A stretch of 64,000 nt of DNA. It comes from Prochlorococcus sp. W8. GTDB lineage: Bacteria > Cyanobacteriota > Cyanobacteriia > PCC-6307 > Cyanobiaceae. A program made the translations under genes and the position numbers. The DNA lies in NCBI GenBank assembly GCA_000291825.1, contig ALPF01000004.1:45589-109588 (forward strand), read 5' to 3'. Positions 21,515 to 32,487 of the stretch are shown in pieces (position 1 is the first letter of the stretch; each line of letters begins with the position of its first letter). The notes under the pieces are model-generated. The model ran no database searches and was not told the DNA's origin. It saw nothing but the letters and a program-made list of their open reading frames with translations.

Positions 21515-22534
21515 TTATTGCTTACCTATATATGTAGCATTTATAAGTTTTAGTATATATTTTTTTAATTTTGAGATAGGAATATAGTTAATTAACTTTC
21601 TAAGATTACCTCTCTTTTTTGAATGACTACGTAATCCTATTGTTAAATCATATAAAAAATTCAAAGTATCTTCTTTGGTTTCAAATATACCCACTCTTTG
21701 GGGAGATCCTTTGGCATCTAAAAGAGGTTTGGTCTTTTCATAAGCAATTTTGTATTCAAACCAGGGAATAGATGGCCATAAATGATGAATCAGATGATAA
21801 TTTTGGCCCATGATTAAAATATTCATGAACTTACTAGGATAAACTCTTGAATTAATCCATTTATTACGTGATCGAAAAGGCCTGTGGGGTAAGTAATCAA
21901 AAAATATGCCTAAAGTTACTCCAACCATTAGAGCCGGACCAAACCATAAATTATAAATTAAATTCATAAAGTCAAATTTAATCCCGGCTAAGATTAAAGT
22001 TATAAATATTGATCTTTCAATTCCCCATTGAAGCAGTTCATTTTTTCTCCATAATTTCCTTTGAAAAAAAAATATCTCATGATAAAAGAATCTTGGTGCA
22101 ATAAGCCAAATTGGTCCATAAGTACTAACGATATGATCTGGATCATTTTTAGGATCATTAACGTGTATGTGATGCTGCAAGTGAACTCGCGTGAAAACAG
22201 GAAAACTAAAACCAAGAAGAATAGCTGAACCATGTCCCATAAGTTGATTTATCCAGGGAATAGGATGAGCAGCTTTATGGCAAGCATCATGAATAACAGT
22301 ACCCTCTATATGAAGAGCTAAAAATGCAGTTGCGACTAAAAGGGGTAGTGGCCAATCTCCTCGATACCATTGCCATATACTTAAAAAAGCAAGTGCATAT
22401 CCACCAATAAAAAGGCCAACAGTCGGGTTCCAAAAATTTGGTGGATCGACATAGTTTTTTATCTCCTTCTGCCAATTTAGAACAGGAGAAGAACCTTTTT
22501 TTACCCTTTTGCTTTGGAGGCTGAGTTTAGCTAT
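21515..22534 (-). CDS. crtR: Beta-carotene hydroxylase CrtR (start uncertain; ATA at 22534 proposed)
   Basis: His boxes HDACH, HLQHH, HLIHH and DYLPHRP. The frame is open from 22588 with no ATG/GTG/TTG until 22240, which is downstream of the first His box. Confidence 0.9.
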   Translation of the reverse strand: MAKLSLQSKRVKKGSSPVLNWQKEIKNYVDPPNFWNPTVGLFIGGYALAFLSIWQWYRGDWPLPLLVATAFLALHIEGTVIHDACHKAAHPIPWINQLMGHGSAILLGFSFPVFTRVHLQHHIHVNDPKNDPDHIVSTYGPIWLIAPRFFYHEIFFFQRKLWRKNELLQWGIERSIFITLILAGIKFDFMNLIYNLWFGPALMVGVTLGIFFDYLPHRPFRSRNKWINSRVYPSKFMNILIMGQNYHLIHHLWPSIPWFEYKIAYEKTKPLLDAKGSPQRVGIFETKEDTLNFLYDLTIGLRSHSKKRGNLRKLINYIPISKLKKYILKLINATYIGKQ

Positions 22535-22725
22535 TGGTCCATTAAATCTACCGTTAATATAACTAAAAAATTGTTTAATTTGTATTGTTCAAATAATTTT
22601 TATAAGGATTTCAAATTCATTAACGTTATAAACACTCTTAAAAAATAGCAATCTTTTATAAAAATAATAATTTAACTAAAAAAAGATTTTCAAATTGCCC
22701 TTATCTGAACTAATATCTATTATGT

Positions 22726-22807
22726 GCGGTCGTGGCGGAATTGGTAGACGCGCGAGTTTTAGGTACTCGTATCTTCGGGTGTGGGAGTTCAAGTCTCCCC
22801 GACCGCA
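22726..22807 (+). tRNA. trnL: tRNA-Leu (anticodon TAG)
   Basis: Acceptor GCGGTCG/CGACCGC, anticodon arm CGAGT-TTTAGGT-ACTCG, long variable arm, GTTCAAG T-loop. Upstream TTGCCC-N17-TATTAT promoter. Confidence 0.97.
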
Positions 22808-22885
22808 TTAAATTTTGATTAAACATATAAAAGATATTTTTTAAATATTTTATTACAATGGTAAGGATATAAAAGAAACGATTCC

Positions 22886-23407
22886 TTGGTAATACTTTTA
22901 AGTTTTATTTATTTTGTTTTAGGGTTGGCATATCTTTTTGTTCCATCAATATTTCTTGAATTGGGAAGGTCTAAAGATTTACCAAAAGGAGGACTTTTTT
23001 TTCTATTAGCGATATTTTTACTTATTAAAAAAAATACTTTTACTAGCTCAGATCTAATAATAATATTTTTTAATAATTTTATTTGTTTTATTCTTATCGC
23101 GGAGATTAATCTAATTAGATGGAATGACTTATCAGATATAGAAAAAAAAAATTTTAGAAATTTCTCAGTAATAAAAAATAAGCTTTTGATATTTTTAGAA
23201 GCTTTAAAATTGGGAAATAAAAACTTATTATCTAAATCTGCAAAAGTTAAAACTCTAAATAAAAATGTAGCTAAAAGAGTTTGGGTTAGATCTGAGAAAG
23301 ATAATTTAGAAATTAATAAAAATAGCTCATTTCCAGATTCAATTGCTACTGATTCGGAGGTAACAAATCTCACTAAAAAAGATATAATGATTGAAGACAA
23401 TAATTAA
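22886..23407 (+). CDS. Ycf66-like membrane protein
   Basis: Hydrophobic N-terminus with ELGRSKD, RW.DLS..EK and KRVWVR motifs. Confidence 0.7.
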   Translation: MVILLSFIYFVLGLAYLFVPSIFLELGRSKDLPKGGLFFLLAIFLLIKKNTFTSSDLIIIFFNNFICFILIAEINLIRWNDLSDIEKKNFRNFSVIKNKLLIFLEALKLGNKNLLSKSAKVKTLNKNVAKRVWVRSEKDNLEINKNSSFPDSIATDSEVTNLTKKDIMIEDNN

Positions 23408-23445
23408 TGAGTAAACAAACTGTTATATCAACTTAAGGACCAAAT

Positions 23446-26340
23446 ATGAAAAAACAGAATCAACAGGACAAAAGTTCTAAATTTTCTTATAAAGATTCAT
23501 TGAATTTATTAAAAACTGACTTCTCTATGAGAGCAAACTCTATTCAAAGAGAGCCTGAAATTCAGAAATTTTGGTCGCAAAATAATATTGATTTAGCATT
23601 AGGTAATAATAATGATGGTGAAGTTTTTACTTTGCATGATGGACCTCCATATGCAAACGGTGCACTGCATATGGGACATGCCTTAAATAAAGTATTAAAA
23701 GATATAGTGAATAAATATAAAACCTTAAAAGGTTTTAGAGTCAATTTTGTTCCAGGATGGGATTGTCACGGATTACCAATTGAATTAAAAGTATTGCAAA
23801 ATTTAAAAAGTGCAGAGAGAAAAAACCTTACTGTATTGGAGCTAAGAAAAAAAGCTACTGAATATGCAAACATTCAGATTAATGATCAAAAGGAGGGGTT
23901 TAAAAGATGGGGAATTTGGGGGGATTGGGATAACCCTTACTTAACTCTTAAAAAGACTTATGAGTCAGCTCAAATTGGAGTCTTTGGTGAAATGTTCTTG
24001 AATGGATATATTTATAGAGGTCTTAAACCTGTACATTGGAGTCCAAGTTCGCGAACTGCATTGGCAGAAGCTGAATTAGAATATCCAGATCAACATTTTT
24101 CAAAGAGTGTTTATGTTTCATTTTCTGTAAAAAAATTGAATGAATATATTTATAAGAGATGCACTGATGAATTACCTAATAATGAAATTTGTTGTGAAAA
24201 TAAACAAATTTTCATACTAATATGGACTACAACACCATGGACATTACCAGCGAATGAGGCAGTAGCTATAAATCCAAAAATTGATTACGTTTTTGCCTCT
24301 GAAGGGACTAAAAAAATATTTTTATTTGCTAAAGACTTATTAGATAATCTCAATGGAAAATTCAAAATGAGTCTTGAGCCAATCTTAGAAATAAAAGGTT
24401 CTGATTTAGAGGGGATTGAATATAAGCATCCTATAAAAGATAAATTCTGTAAGTTGATTATTGGAGGAGACTATATTAATACAGATTCTGGAACAGGAAT
24501 TGTGCATACTGCACCAGGCCATGGAATGGATGATTTTAATGCGGGAATAAAAAATAAATTACCTATTACATGTGTAGTTGATGAGAAAGGGGTCTTAAAT
24601 GAAGATGCTTCAATATTTTGCGGTTTAAATGTTCTTAGAGATGCAAATGATCAAATTATTCGATATTTATCGAATAAGGGTAGTTTGATGCTGATGGAAA
24701 ATTATCAACATAGATATCCTTATGACTGGAGGACTAAAAAACCTACTATATTTAGAGCTACAAAACAGTGGTTTGCTTCTGTAGAGGGGTTTAGGTTATC
24801 TGCATTAGATGCTATTGATAAGGTTGAATGGATGCCAAAAAGTGGTAAAAAAAGGATCCAATCAATGGTTGTAGGGAGAAGTGACTGGTGTATTTCAAGG
24901 CAAAGATCTTGGGGTGTACCTATTCCAGTTTTTTATCATAAAAACGGAAAGGATATTCTTTTGAATAAAGATACTATCGATCATATTCAACAATTATTTA
25001 AAGAATTCGGTGCTGATATTTGGTGGAGTTGGACAGTAGATAAGTTATTACCTCAGAAATATCTTGTTGAGGCTCAACTTTGGTCAAAAGGGCTTGATAC
25101 CATGGATGTGTGGTTTGATTCGGGTTCAAGCTGGGCCGCTGTATGTGAACAAAGAGAAGAGTTGAAATACCCAGCTGATTTATATTTAGAAGGTTCAGAT
25201 CAACACAGGGGATGGTTCCAATCATCATTGTTGACTTCAGTAGCTGTTAATAATAAAGCACCATATAAAAAAGTTTTAACACATGGATTTGCCTTAGATG
25301 AAAATGGAAGAAAGATGAGTAAGTCACTTGGAAATGTTATTGATCCCAATATTATTATTAAAGGAGGCTCCAATCAAAAATTGGAGCCTGCATATGGAGC
25401 AGATGTCTTAAGATTATGGGTCAGTTCAGTTGATTATTCCGTAGATGTTCCTATTGGAGCAAATATTTTAAAGCAGTTATCAGATGTTTATAGAAAAGTT
25501 AGAAATACTGCAAGATATCTGCTGGGTAATTTACATGACTTTAACCCCATTTCTGAAAATATAGAAATTGATAGATTACCTATATTAGATCAATGGATGT
25601 TAGATAGATTGACTAACATTGCAGATCAAATTACATCTGCGTATGAAAGTTATGAATTTGCAAAGTTTTTTCAAATACTGCAAAGTTTTTGTGTTGTTGA
25701 TTTATCTAATTTTTATTTAGACATTGCAAAAGATAGATTATATGTTAGTGCTCCTAATGATTTCAGAAGGAAATCATGTCAGTTCGTACTTTCAAAAATT
25801 ATAGAAAATTTAGCTGTACTCATTTCACCTGTACTAAGTCATATGGCAGAGGATATTTGGCAAAATATACCTTATGAACTTCATGAAAAATCAGTTTTTC
25901 AAAGAGGATGGCCTGAGATGCCACCTGAATGGAAGAATCCTGAAATTGAGAAAAAGATATTACTTTTGAGAAAATTAAGAAATGAGATTAATAAGTCAAT
26001 TGAAAATTGTAGAAATCAACAAAAAATTGGTGCAGCTTTAGAAACCCAAATAAGATTTTATCCAATAGATAAAGAATTAAATAATTCATTACTTTGGTTA
26101 GAAAAAAGTGGAAATAAAAAAGTAGATATTTATAGCGAGTGGCTTATCGTCTCTGACTTTAAAATTGCAGAAACCTGCTTAGAAGATTATTTGATTATTG
26201 AAGATTGTGATCTTGGTAAGATACAGATAGCTAAAGCATTTGGATGTAAGTGTGATAGATGTTGGCATTACCAAAACGAAGTTGTTGATGGAACAAACAA
26301 TACAAAGTTATGCAAAAGATGTGCAGAAATAATTAGATAA
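23446..26340 (+). CDS. ileS: Isoleucyl-tRNA synthetase
   Basis: [28 protein letters not shown]-terminal CDRC/CKRC zinc finger. Confidence 0.99.
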   Translation: MKKQNQQDKSSKFSYKDSLNLLKTDFSMRANSIQREPEIQKFWSQNNIDLALGNNNDGEVFTLHDGPPYANGALHMGHALNKVLKDIVNKYKTLKGFRVNFVPGWDCHGLPIELKVLQNLKSAERKNLTVLELRKKATEYANIQINDQKEGFKRWGIWGDWDNPYLTLKKTYESAQIGVFGEMFLNGYIYRGLKPVHWSPSSRTALAEAELEYPDQHFSKSVYVSFSVKKLNEYIYKRCTDELPNNEICCENKQIFILIWTTTPWTLPANEAVAINPKIDYVFASEGTKKIFLFAKDLLDNLNGKFKMSLEPILEIKGSDLEGIEYKHPIKDKFCKLIIGGDYINTDSGTGIVHTAPGHGMDDFNAGIKNKLPITCVVDEKGVLNEDASIFCGLNVLRDANDQIIRYLSNKGSLMLMENYQHRYPYDWRTKKPTIFRATKQWFASVEGFRLSALDAIDKVEWMPKSGKKRIQSMVVGRSDWCISRQRSWGVPIPVFYHKNGKDILLNKDTIDHIQQLFKEFGADIWWSWTVDKLLPQKYLVEAQLWSKGLDTMDVWFDSGSSWAAVCEQREELKYPADLYLEGSDQHRGWFQSSLLTSVAVNNKAPYKKVLTHGFALDENGRKMSKSLGNVIDPNIIIKGGSNQKLEPAYGADVLRLWVSSVDYSVDVPIGANILKQLSDVYRKVRNTARYLLGNLHDFNPISENIEIDRLPILDQWMLDRLTNIADQITSAYESYEFAKFFQILQSFCVVDLSNFYLDIAKDRLYVSAPNDFRRKSCQFVLSKIIENLAVLISPVLSHMAEDIWQNIPYELHEKSVFQRGWPEMPPEWKNPEIEKKILLLRKLRNEINKSIENCRNQQKIGAALETQIRFYPIDKELNNSLLWLEKSGNKKVDIYSEWLIVSDFKIAETCLEDYLIIEDCDLGKIQIAKAFGCKCDRCWHYQNEVVDGTNNTKLCKRCAEIIR

Positions 26341-26653
26341 ATCGCATGTTGTTTTAATTTCAGAAATTCTTATATAAAAAATTCTCTGTATCTTAGCTTG
26401 TTTTATTATGTTGTACTAAGATTTATTTAAAGCGACTCAAGGTAATTCGCATCTCGTAAAGATAAAGTCTTTATCAACAATATTTTTTCTAAATAATTTT
26501 CTATTTTATGATAGTAGATCTACTGAATCCCTTAAAAATAATGACTTCAATAAACTCTTTATTATGAATGAAGATACCTTCAAGTCTTAATACTTTATTA
26601 GGTAATTTTGAACTACTTTTTTAAAGTCTCTTTATTAAATTAAATTTCTCCAT
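26341..26653 (-). pseudogene. Degraded small hypothetical gene (FKGFS-motif protein)
   Basis: ATG 26653 overlapping the DUF3177 gene end: MEKFNLIKRL*KSSSKLPNKVLRLEGIFIHNKEFIEVIIFKGFSRST, then apparent frameshifts and further stops. 3' boundary approximate. Confidence 0.65.
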
Positions 26654-27263
26654 AATTTGAGAAATCTGAATTTCTTCCTGTTCTTGGAAGTTTAATAATG
26701 ATCCATTGAAGTAGTCCTAATGAATAAATTAATAAAGAAAATAAACCTAAAAATTTTGCAACTGGTTCAGAAAAATTACCACCAAATAAGAACCTAAATG
26801 ATTTATTTATTATTAAGTATAAATTCTTTGAAGGTTCAATCCAAGGAATACATTCCCCTGAATTAATTGATGTAATGCAAGATAAATTATAGATTCCTTG
26901 TGCAATAAAAGCTATTGCTATAAAACTTATAGCCCATCTCCAAACTTTTGTTGTAAATGTAAGATAATGAGAAATTTTATACTCATTTAATTCAGTATTA
27001 ATATCACTCCAAAACCATATACAAATGGTAGTTAAAATCATCGATATATTTAAAACTAATAGAGAGAAATTTACTTTTCCAACAAATAATATTAGGCTAA
27101 TAAAAAATAGGATTGATATTTTCCAGTAATTTGAAAGTAATTTTTGAACTACTTTATTTTTTTCTTTTGCAGCCCAGATTAATAGAACTAAAGGAAGCCC
27201 TACAATAAAAACAGCTGAAATTCGAAAAGTGATCCAAATGGTAATTTCATTAAATAACGACAA
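26640..27263 (-). CDS. DUF3177 family membrane protein
   Basis: GLPLVLLIWA, YWKIS, IWFW.DIN.EL, WRWA, KLPR.GR. Confidence 0.85.
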   Translation of the reverse strand: MSLFNEITIWITFRISAVFIVGLPLVLLIWAAKEKNKVVQKLLSNYWKISILFFISLILFVGKVNFSLLVLNISMILTTICIWFWSDINTELNEYKISHYLTFTTKVWRWAISFIAIAFIAQGIYNLSCITSINSGECIPWIEPSKNLYLIINKSFRFLFGGNFSEPVAKFLGLFSLLIYSLGLLQWIIIKLPRTGRNSDFSNYGEI

Positions 27264-27335
27264 AACTTTTTCTTTTTAACACACTTAAATATTAAACCTC
27301 ACCATACATCATGTGTAATTGTTATTGTCATAGTT

Positions 27336-28613
27336 ATGAATATTAATTCTTTAATTGAATTTATTTTAAATCGGCAAGGAACAAATTCTTTTAGTGTTTC
27401 AGCTTTATCTAATGATCCCTCCTTGGATAAAGCAGTTGAAGAAGTTTGCCGGAAATTAAGAAATTCGCCTAATGCTGATATAGCAATAGTTTTAATATCG
27501 TCAAATTTTGCATCAGATTATCCCCGTTTATTGCCCTTATTACAAAGAAAATTAAAATATAAAATGTTGATTGGTTCTGGTGTTGGAGGTGTTATTGGAT
27601 TTAGTAAAAATAATATAATATGTGAAAATTTTAATGTACCCTCTTTATCTATAACTTTACTAAAATTGCAAAATTCTAATATTATTCCTTTTCATATTCC
27701 TGAAGATGTAAATATTGATATGGATAATCCTTGTAAAGTCTGGAAAAATTGCTTAAAAGACTTTACCAAAGAAGATCATAGTATAAATTTTTGTAGTGCA
27801 ATAATGTTCGTAGATCCATCCATGAGAAATGTAGATCAATTGATTGGTTCATTTGATTTTTCTTTTCCAAAAAGTGATTTAATTGGAGGCATTGCAACCT
27901 ATCATCCCTTTTCATATGGATCATTATTTTATGAGGATAAACTATGTGGTGGAGCGATAGGATTTTTAATTTATGGAGAATGGGAAATAGAAACACTTGT
28001 TACAAAAGGAGTCAAACCTTTGGGACCTATTCTTGAAGTTCAGTCTGTTCAGAAAAATATAATCTATAAGGTGAAAGAAAATAATAATTTGGTTAGTCCT
28101 GTTGAATTTCTCCAGAAGCTTATTGGTGAATTATCATTAAAAGAAAAGAATCTTCTTCAGCAGTCTTTATTTTTAGGTGTAGAAAATAAGAACTTAAAAA
28201 TTACAAATAAAGGAAAGTTGTTATCTGATGGCACTTTTGTTGTAAGAGATCTGTTAGGAATTGATCCTACAAATGGCGCATTGGCTATCACAGAGAGTTT
28301 GACTATTGGGCAGAAAGTTCAATTTCAATCCCGAGACATTGAGATTTCGCAAAAAGAGATAGAGATAGGCATTGAAAATATTTTAAAAAAAACTGGTGAG
28401 AAGCCAATTTTAACTTTTTTACTGTCTTGTATAGGGAGGAATACATCTAGTTCTGGAAATAATTATGAGGATTTGCAGTCTTTAAATAATCATTTAGGTT
28501 CAATTCCACTATGCGGTGGCTTTTTTCAAGGTGAAATTGGTCAAATAAATGGCAATTCGCATTTGCATTCATATTCGTCATGTTGGGGTTTATTAGTTAA
28601 AAGAAAAACATAA
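27336..28613 (+). CDS. FIST N/C-domain protein
   Basis: GGVIG, IGGIA, G.KPLGP, VRDLLGIDP..GAL, SCIGR, GFF..GEIG. Confidence 0.88.
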   Translation: MNINSLIEFILNRQGTNSFSVSALSNDPSLDKAVEEVCRKLRNSPNADIAIVLISSNFASDYPRLLPLLQRKLKYKMLIGSGVGGVIGFSKNNIICENFNVPSLSITLLKLQNSNIIPFHIPEDVNIDMDNPCKVWKNCLKDFTKEDHSINFCSAIMFVDPSMRNVDQLIGSFDFSFPKSDLIGGIATYHPFSYGSLFYEDKLCGGAIGFLIYGEWEIETLVTKGVKPLGPILEVQSVQKNIIYKVKENNNLVSPVEFLQKLIGELSLKEKNLLQQSLFLGVENKNLKITNKGKLLSDGTFVVRDLLGIDPTNGALAITESLTIGQKVQFQSRDIEISQKEIEIGIENILKKTGEKPILTFLLSCIGRNTSSSGNNYEDLQSLNNHLGSIPLCGGFFQGEIGQINGNSHLHSYSSCWGLLVKRKT

Positions 28614-28625
28614 TAAATTATTTTT

Positions 28626-29264
28626 ATGCGGCAACATGTCAATCCACTAAGTAAATATTTTCAAGAAATTGAATCAATTCCTAAAATTGAACAAATTTTT
28701 AAAAATTCTGGTTTACCTACTCATTTGGATATTGGTTGTGCTTCAGGTGAATTTCTATTCCAATTAGCAGAAAAGAATAAAAATTGGAATTATCTAGGAA
28801 TTGAAATACGGGAGAAATTAATTATTAATGCAAAAAATAAATTAAAGGAACAAAGTATTGATAATTTATATTTTATTTTTGGCAATGCAGATAATTTATT
28901 AAAGAATTGGATTGTTCAATATCCTGATAGGATTCTAAAGAGTGCGTCTATTAATTTTCCAGATCCTTGGTTCAAAAAAAAACATCATAAAAGAAGAATT
29001 CTTCAGGCTGAATTTTTGAACAGACTTGCACTTATTATGTCCAATCAATCTTTATTGTTTATAAAAAGTGATGTTGAAGAGTTGTATCAGTATATGAATT
29101 CACTAATATCAAATACTTTGATTTTTGAAAAAGTAAAAAATAAAAATCTCAATTGTCTAGAAACTTTTAATCCTTCAAAAATTAAAACTGAAAGGGAAAA
29201 ATATGCTATTTCAAAACAGCTCCCAATATTCCAGGCAGTTTATAAAAAGATTATTAATCTTTGA
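28626..29264 (+). CDS. trmB: tRNA (guanine-N7)-methyltransferase
   Basis: [33 protein letters not shown]. Confidence 0.96.
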   Translation: MRQHVNPLSKYFQEIESIPKIEQIFKNSGLPTHLDIGCASGEFLFQLAEKNKNWNYLGIEIREKLIINAKNKLKEQSIDNLYFIFGNADNLLKNWIVQYPDRILKSASINFPDPWFKKKHHKRRILQAEFLNRLALIMSNQSLLFIKSDVEELYQYMNSLISNTLIFEKVKNKNLNCLETFNPSKIKTEREKYAISKQLPIFQAVYKKIINL

Positions 29265-30588
29265 TTATATTTTCAATTTTTTTTGTTATTTGAATAGAAC
29301 AATTTTTTGTAAGCATATTATTTTCAGCTTCAACTAATACTCTTAAAAAAGGTTCAGTTCCGCTAGGACGAACAAAAATCCTGCAAGGCTCTCCAATACT
29401 TGAAAGAGTGTTTTTTATGGTTTCATCAATGTTGTTTAATATAGAAGAATTTATTTTATAAGGGAGAGGGATATTTATAAGCTCTTGAGGAAATGCAGAA
29501 AAGCTAGTTTTAAGCCAGTTTTTTAATGTAATATTTTTTTTCTTACAATACCGCGAGATTTGAATAGCTGTTAAAATTCCATCTCCGCAATAATCATTTA
29601 TTTTCGAGAGTATATGCCCAGATTGCTCTCCTCCTAAATTTGCTTTTTTATTAATAATTTCTTCATATATAAATTTATCTCCAACGTTTGTTCTATGCAG
29701 TGTTCCCCCTAATTCTATCCAAGAATTTTCGAATCCTAAATTTGCCATATATGTTGATATTAGAATATTATTGCTTAGTCTTTTTTCTAGCATGAGTTCT
29801 CTGCCCCAGAGAAATAAAATATGATCACCATCAAGAATATTTCCTTCTGAATCAATACCTATTACTCTATCTGCATCACCATCAAAACTAAAACCCATAT
29901 CAGCTGAATTTGCTTTAACTGCTTTTCTAATTGGATCTAGGCAAGTTGAACCGCATTTTACATTTATTTTTAATCCATCTGCTTTAGAATTGATTACTTT
30001 TATGGTTGCACCTAATTTTTTAAAAATTTTTTCTGCGCAAGATGTTGCTGAACCGTGACATGTATCAAGAATTATTTTAAGTCCCTTCAAATTATCATTA
30101 CCCATAGAATTGATCAAACTATCCTCATAAAATTTAAGTAGGCTAGGATTTCTTATATTATCTCTAATATGTTTCGAGGCTGTATCTAATGGAATTTTTT
30201 GTTTAATAGCTTGCTCTAAATTTTTTTCATATACTTTGTTTAATTTTTTACCATTTTGATCAAATATTTTTATGCCATTATATTCAGGAGGATTATGGCT
30301 TGCCGAAATCATTATTCCACTGCTGCATCCAAACTTTTTAATTAAATAAGGAACTGCGGGAGTTGGACAAATGCCAACATCTATAATTGTCTTATTAGCG
30401 ATATTCAGCCCATTTTTTATAGCATCTAAGATCATATATCCACTATCTCTTGGATCTCTACCTATTAAAATTGGGTTTTCTTTATTTAAACTTTTTCCAA
30501 GTGCATATCCGATTTTTTTTGTTAAATCATAAGTAATAAACTCGTTAAATTTGCCTCTAATTCCATCTGTACCAAATATTGATTGCAT
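29254..30588 (-). CDS. glmM: Phosphoglucosamine mutase
   Basis: [35 protein letters not shown]. Confidence 0.93.
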   Translation of the reverse strand: MQSIFGTDGIRGKFNEFITYDLTKKIGYALGKSLNKENPILIGRDPRDSGYMILDAIKNGLNIANKTIIDVGICPTPAVPYLIKKFGCSSGIMISASHNPPEYNGIKIFDQNGKKLNKVYEKNLEQAIKQKIPLDTASKHIRDNIRNPSLLKFYEDSLINSMGNDNLKGLKIILDTCHGSATSCAEKIFKKLGATIKVINSKADGLKINVKCGSTCLDPIRKAVKANSADMGFSFDGDADRVIGIDSEGNILDGDHILFLWGRELMLEKRLSNNILISTYMANLGFENSWIELGGTLHRTNVGDKFIYEEIINKKANLGGEQSGHILSKINDYCGDGILTAIQISRYCKKKNITLKNWLKTSFSAFPQELINIPLPYKINSSILNNIDETIKNTLSSIGEPCRIFVRPSGTEPFLRVLVEAENNMLTKNCSIQITKKIENIIKD

Positions 30589-30708
30589 GCTTAATTTGTA
30601 TGAGAATTTATTCTTATTAATATTAAATTTTTTTAATATTACCTTTTTTTGGTTTTATATCAAATAGTTATTTTAAAAATATATAAAATATAAGGAAGAA
30701 CATATGAA

Positions 30709-31209
30709 TTGATGCAAACGAAGAGCAAAGCAAACTTATTAAAAGATAATCTTAAATATCTCATATCAAGTATTCTTATTGTCTTGATAGGATGTTTAAT
30801 TTTTTTTAAGAGTACATTATTTGAAACTAGTTTTTTATTGAAAGATTTGGGAAAAACATCAATTGATCCTGAAATTGCATTTACAACGAATAAGCCTATA
30901 TTTTTGGAGTTTTATGCTGAATGGTGCGAGGTATGTAAAAAAATGTCTCCTGGTGTCAGTAAATTACGAAAAGATTATGGAAAGGATATCAATTTTGTAT
31001 TTATAAATGTCGATAATCCAAAATGGGAGAAATATATTAAGAAAATGAATGTTAATGGTATTCCTCAAATTAACTTATTTGATAATGAATCAAATTTAGA
31101 AAAAACTTTTATTGGTTTGCAAGATGAAAGTGATATTAAACAATATATAATAAGTCTTCTAAGCAGAAATGAAGCTATAGATATAAAAAATCTTACCCTC
31201 CAGAGTTAA
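30709..31209 (+). CDS. Membrane-anchored thioredoxin-like protein (TxlA-like)
   Basis: N-terminal hydrophobic helix, EFYAEWCEVC, NVDN.KW, GIP. Confidence 0.88.
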   Translation: MMQTKSKANLLKDNLKYLISSILIVLIGCLIFFKSTLFETSFLLKDLGKTSIDPEIAFTTNKPIFLEFYAEWCEVCKKMSPGVSKLRKDYGKDINFVFINVDNPKWEKYIKKMNVNGIPQINLFDNESNLEKTFIGLQDESDIKQYIISLLSRNEAIDIKNLTLQS

Positions 31210-31252
31210 GTCTTGAAAAAGACATTAATATATATTAGGGGATCAATAATTA

Positions 31253-31888
31253 TTACCAATCCATTGCTTCAGATACATTTGGGAAATGCTTCTTAAATAT
31301 CCTTTTACAAGATTCGGCTATATCCATATGCTCTTTTTGTGTACCAACTTTAGTTCGTAGTTGTATATAGTGAATCCAAGAGCGGCATGAACCTGTCATA
31401 TAAATTCTTGTAGGAGTTGCTAAAGGTAAAATGAATCTTGCGCATTCTTTAGCAATACCATCACTTAACATCTCCTGATATAAATTTGATGATTTATTAA
31501 AAAGATCAGCAATCTTTTGATGAAATTTTATTCTGATTTCTTCAGGAATATTATCTATACTATTTTGACGGTTTTCTAAATCTTGCCTTCTTAATTCGGG
31601 AATTGGTATATCAATTCCTAATAAATTTGTGTCTGCATATCTTTGTGAAAATTCTTGAAAAGTAAATGATCTATGTCTCAATATTTGAGCAGCAATGCCC
31701 CTATTAGTTTCTATTTGTAGTGTCATGCATGATTGTTCAAAAACACTCCAATGTTCATGTTTTATACAGTATTTAAGTAATCGAGAAAAATTTTCATTTT
31801 TCTGATTTTTTGGATTGCTCACTCTGGCAATATAAGCCATTGTCTTTTCTGCTTCAGGAGTTATCGATAATAATTCAACATTACTCAT
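31253..31888 (-). CDS. thyX: FAD-dependent thymidylate synthase
   Basis: ARVS, HWSVFE, QILRHRSFTFQEFSQRY. Start placed at ATG 31888 just after the dcd stop. Confidence 0.97.
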   Translation of the reverse strand: MSNVELLSITPEAEKTMAYIARVSNPKNQKNENFSRLLKYCIKHEHWSVFEQSCMTLQIETNRGIAAQILRHRSFTFQEFSQRYADTNLLGIDIPIPELRRQDLENRQNSIDNIPEEIRIKFHQKIADLFNKSSNLYQEMLSDGIAKECARFILPLATPTRIYMTGSCRSWIHYIQLRTKVGTQKEHMDIAESCKRIFKKHFPNVSEAMDW

Positions 31889-31889
31889 A

Positions 31890-32483
31890 TTAAATTTTTG
31901 CAAGTGTTACTTTTTCTGGTTGATTTTGATATTTCCCTTTTCGGTCATTATAGGTAGTTGCACATGGATCACCCTCAAAGAAAAGGATTTGACATATTCC
32001 TTCATTTGCATAAATGCGGCAATCGGCTCCAGAACTATTACTGAACTCAAGCGTTAAATGTCCTTCCCACCCAGCCTCTGCAGGAGTAGTATTAACTATT
32101 ATTCCTAATCGAGCGTATGTACTTTTACCAAGACAAATTACTGTAATATTCTCTGGTACTTTCATTCTCTCTAAGGCTACACCTAAGCCATACGAATGGG
32201 CAGGAAGTATAAAATATTCTCCGTCTTTATCTTTCTGTAATGCTGTCTTTTCTAAATTGTCAGGATTGAATTTTTTAGGATTCATTACTGTTCCAGGGAC
32301 ATGCCTAAATATCAAGAATTCATTAGAGGAAAGTCTTAAATCATATCCATATGAGGAGCAACCGTAACTAAGAACTGCTTCTTTTTTATTATGAGGATCG
32401 AGATGTCTTACTAACTTTGGTTGGAAAGGAGAAAGCATACCCTCTTTTGCTTGTTTATTAATCCAAATGTCATTTTTTAACAT
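31890..32483 (-). CDS. dcd: dCTP deaminase
   Basis: SYG.SSYGYDLR, GKSTYARLG, GWEGHLTLE, GKYQ.Q. Confidence 0.96.
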   Translation of the reverse strand: MLKNDIWINKQAKEGMLSPFQPKLVRHLDPHNKKEAVLSYGCSSYGYDLRLSSNEFLIFRHVPGTVMNPKKFNPDNLEKTALQKDKDGEYFILPAHSYGLGVALERMKVPENITVICLGKSTYARLGIIVNTTPAEAGWEGHLTLEFSNSSGADCRIYANEGICQILFFEGDPCATTYNDRKGKYQNQPEKVTLAKI

Positions 32484-32487
32484 GGTT

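Noticed and set aside
22287-22475. 62-aa ORF that could suggest a split crtR
   Set aside because: It is in a different frame. The true crtR frame is continuous through this region.
22726-22885. tRNA genes as possible island integration sites (also 41819 and 56699)
   Set aside because: No integrase, duplicated tRNA 3' end or foreign genes; the flanks are core genes.
22909-23400. 163-aa antisense ORF over the Ycf66-like gene
   Set aside because: Low-complexity F/L/I/K/S composition; the plus-strand ORF carries the recognisable motifs.
31150-31252. Possibly shortened C-terminus of the thioredoxin-like protein
   Set aside because: The catalytic domain is complete and I see no recognisable continuation in another frame.
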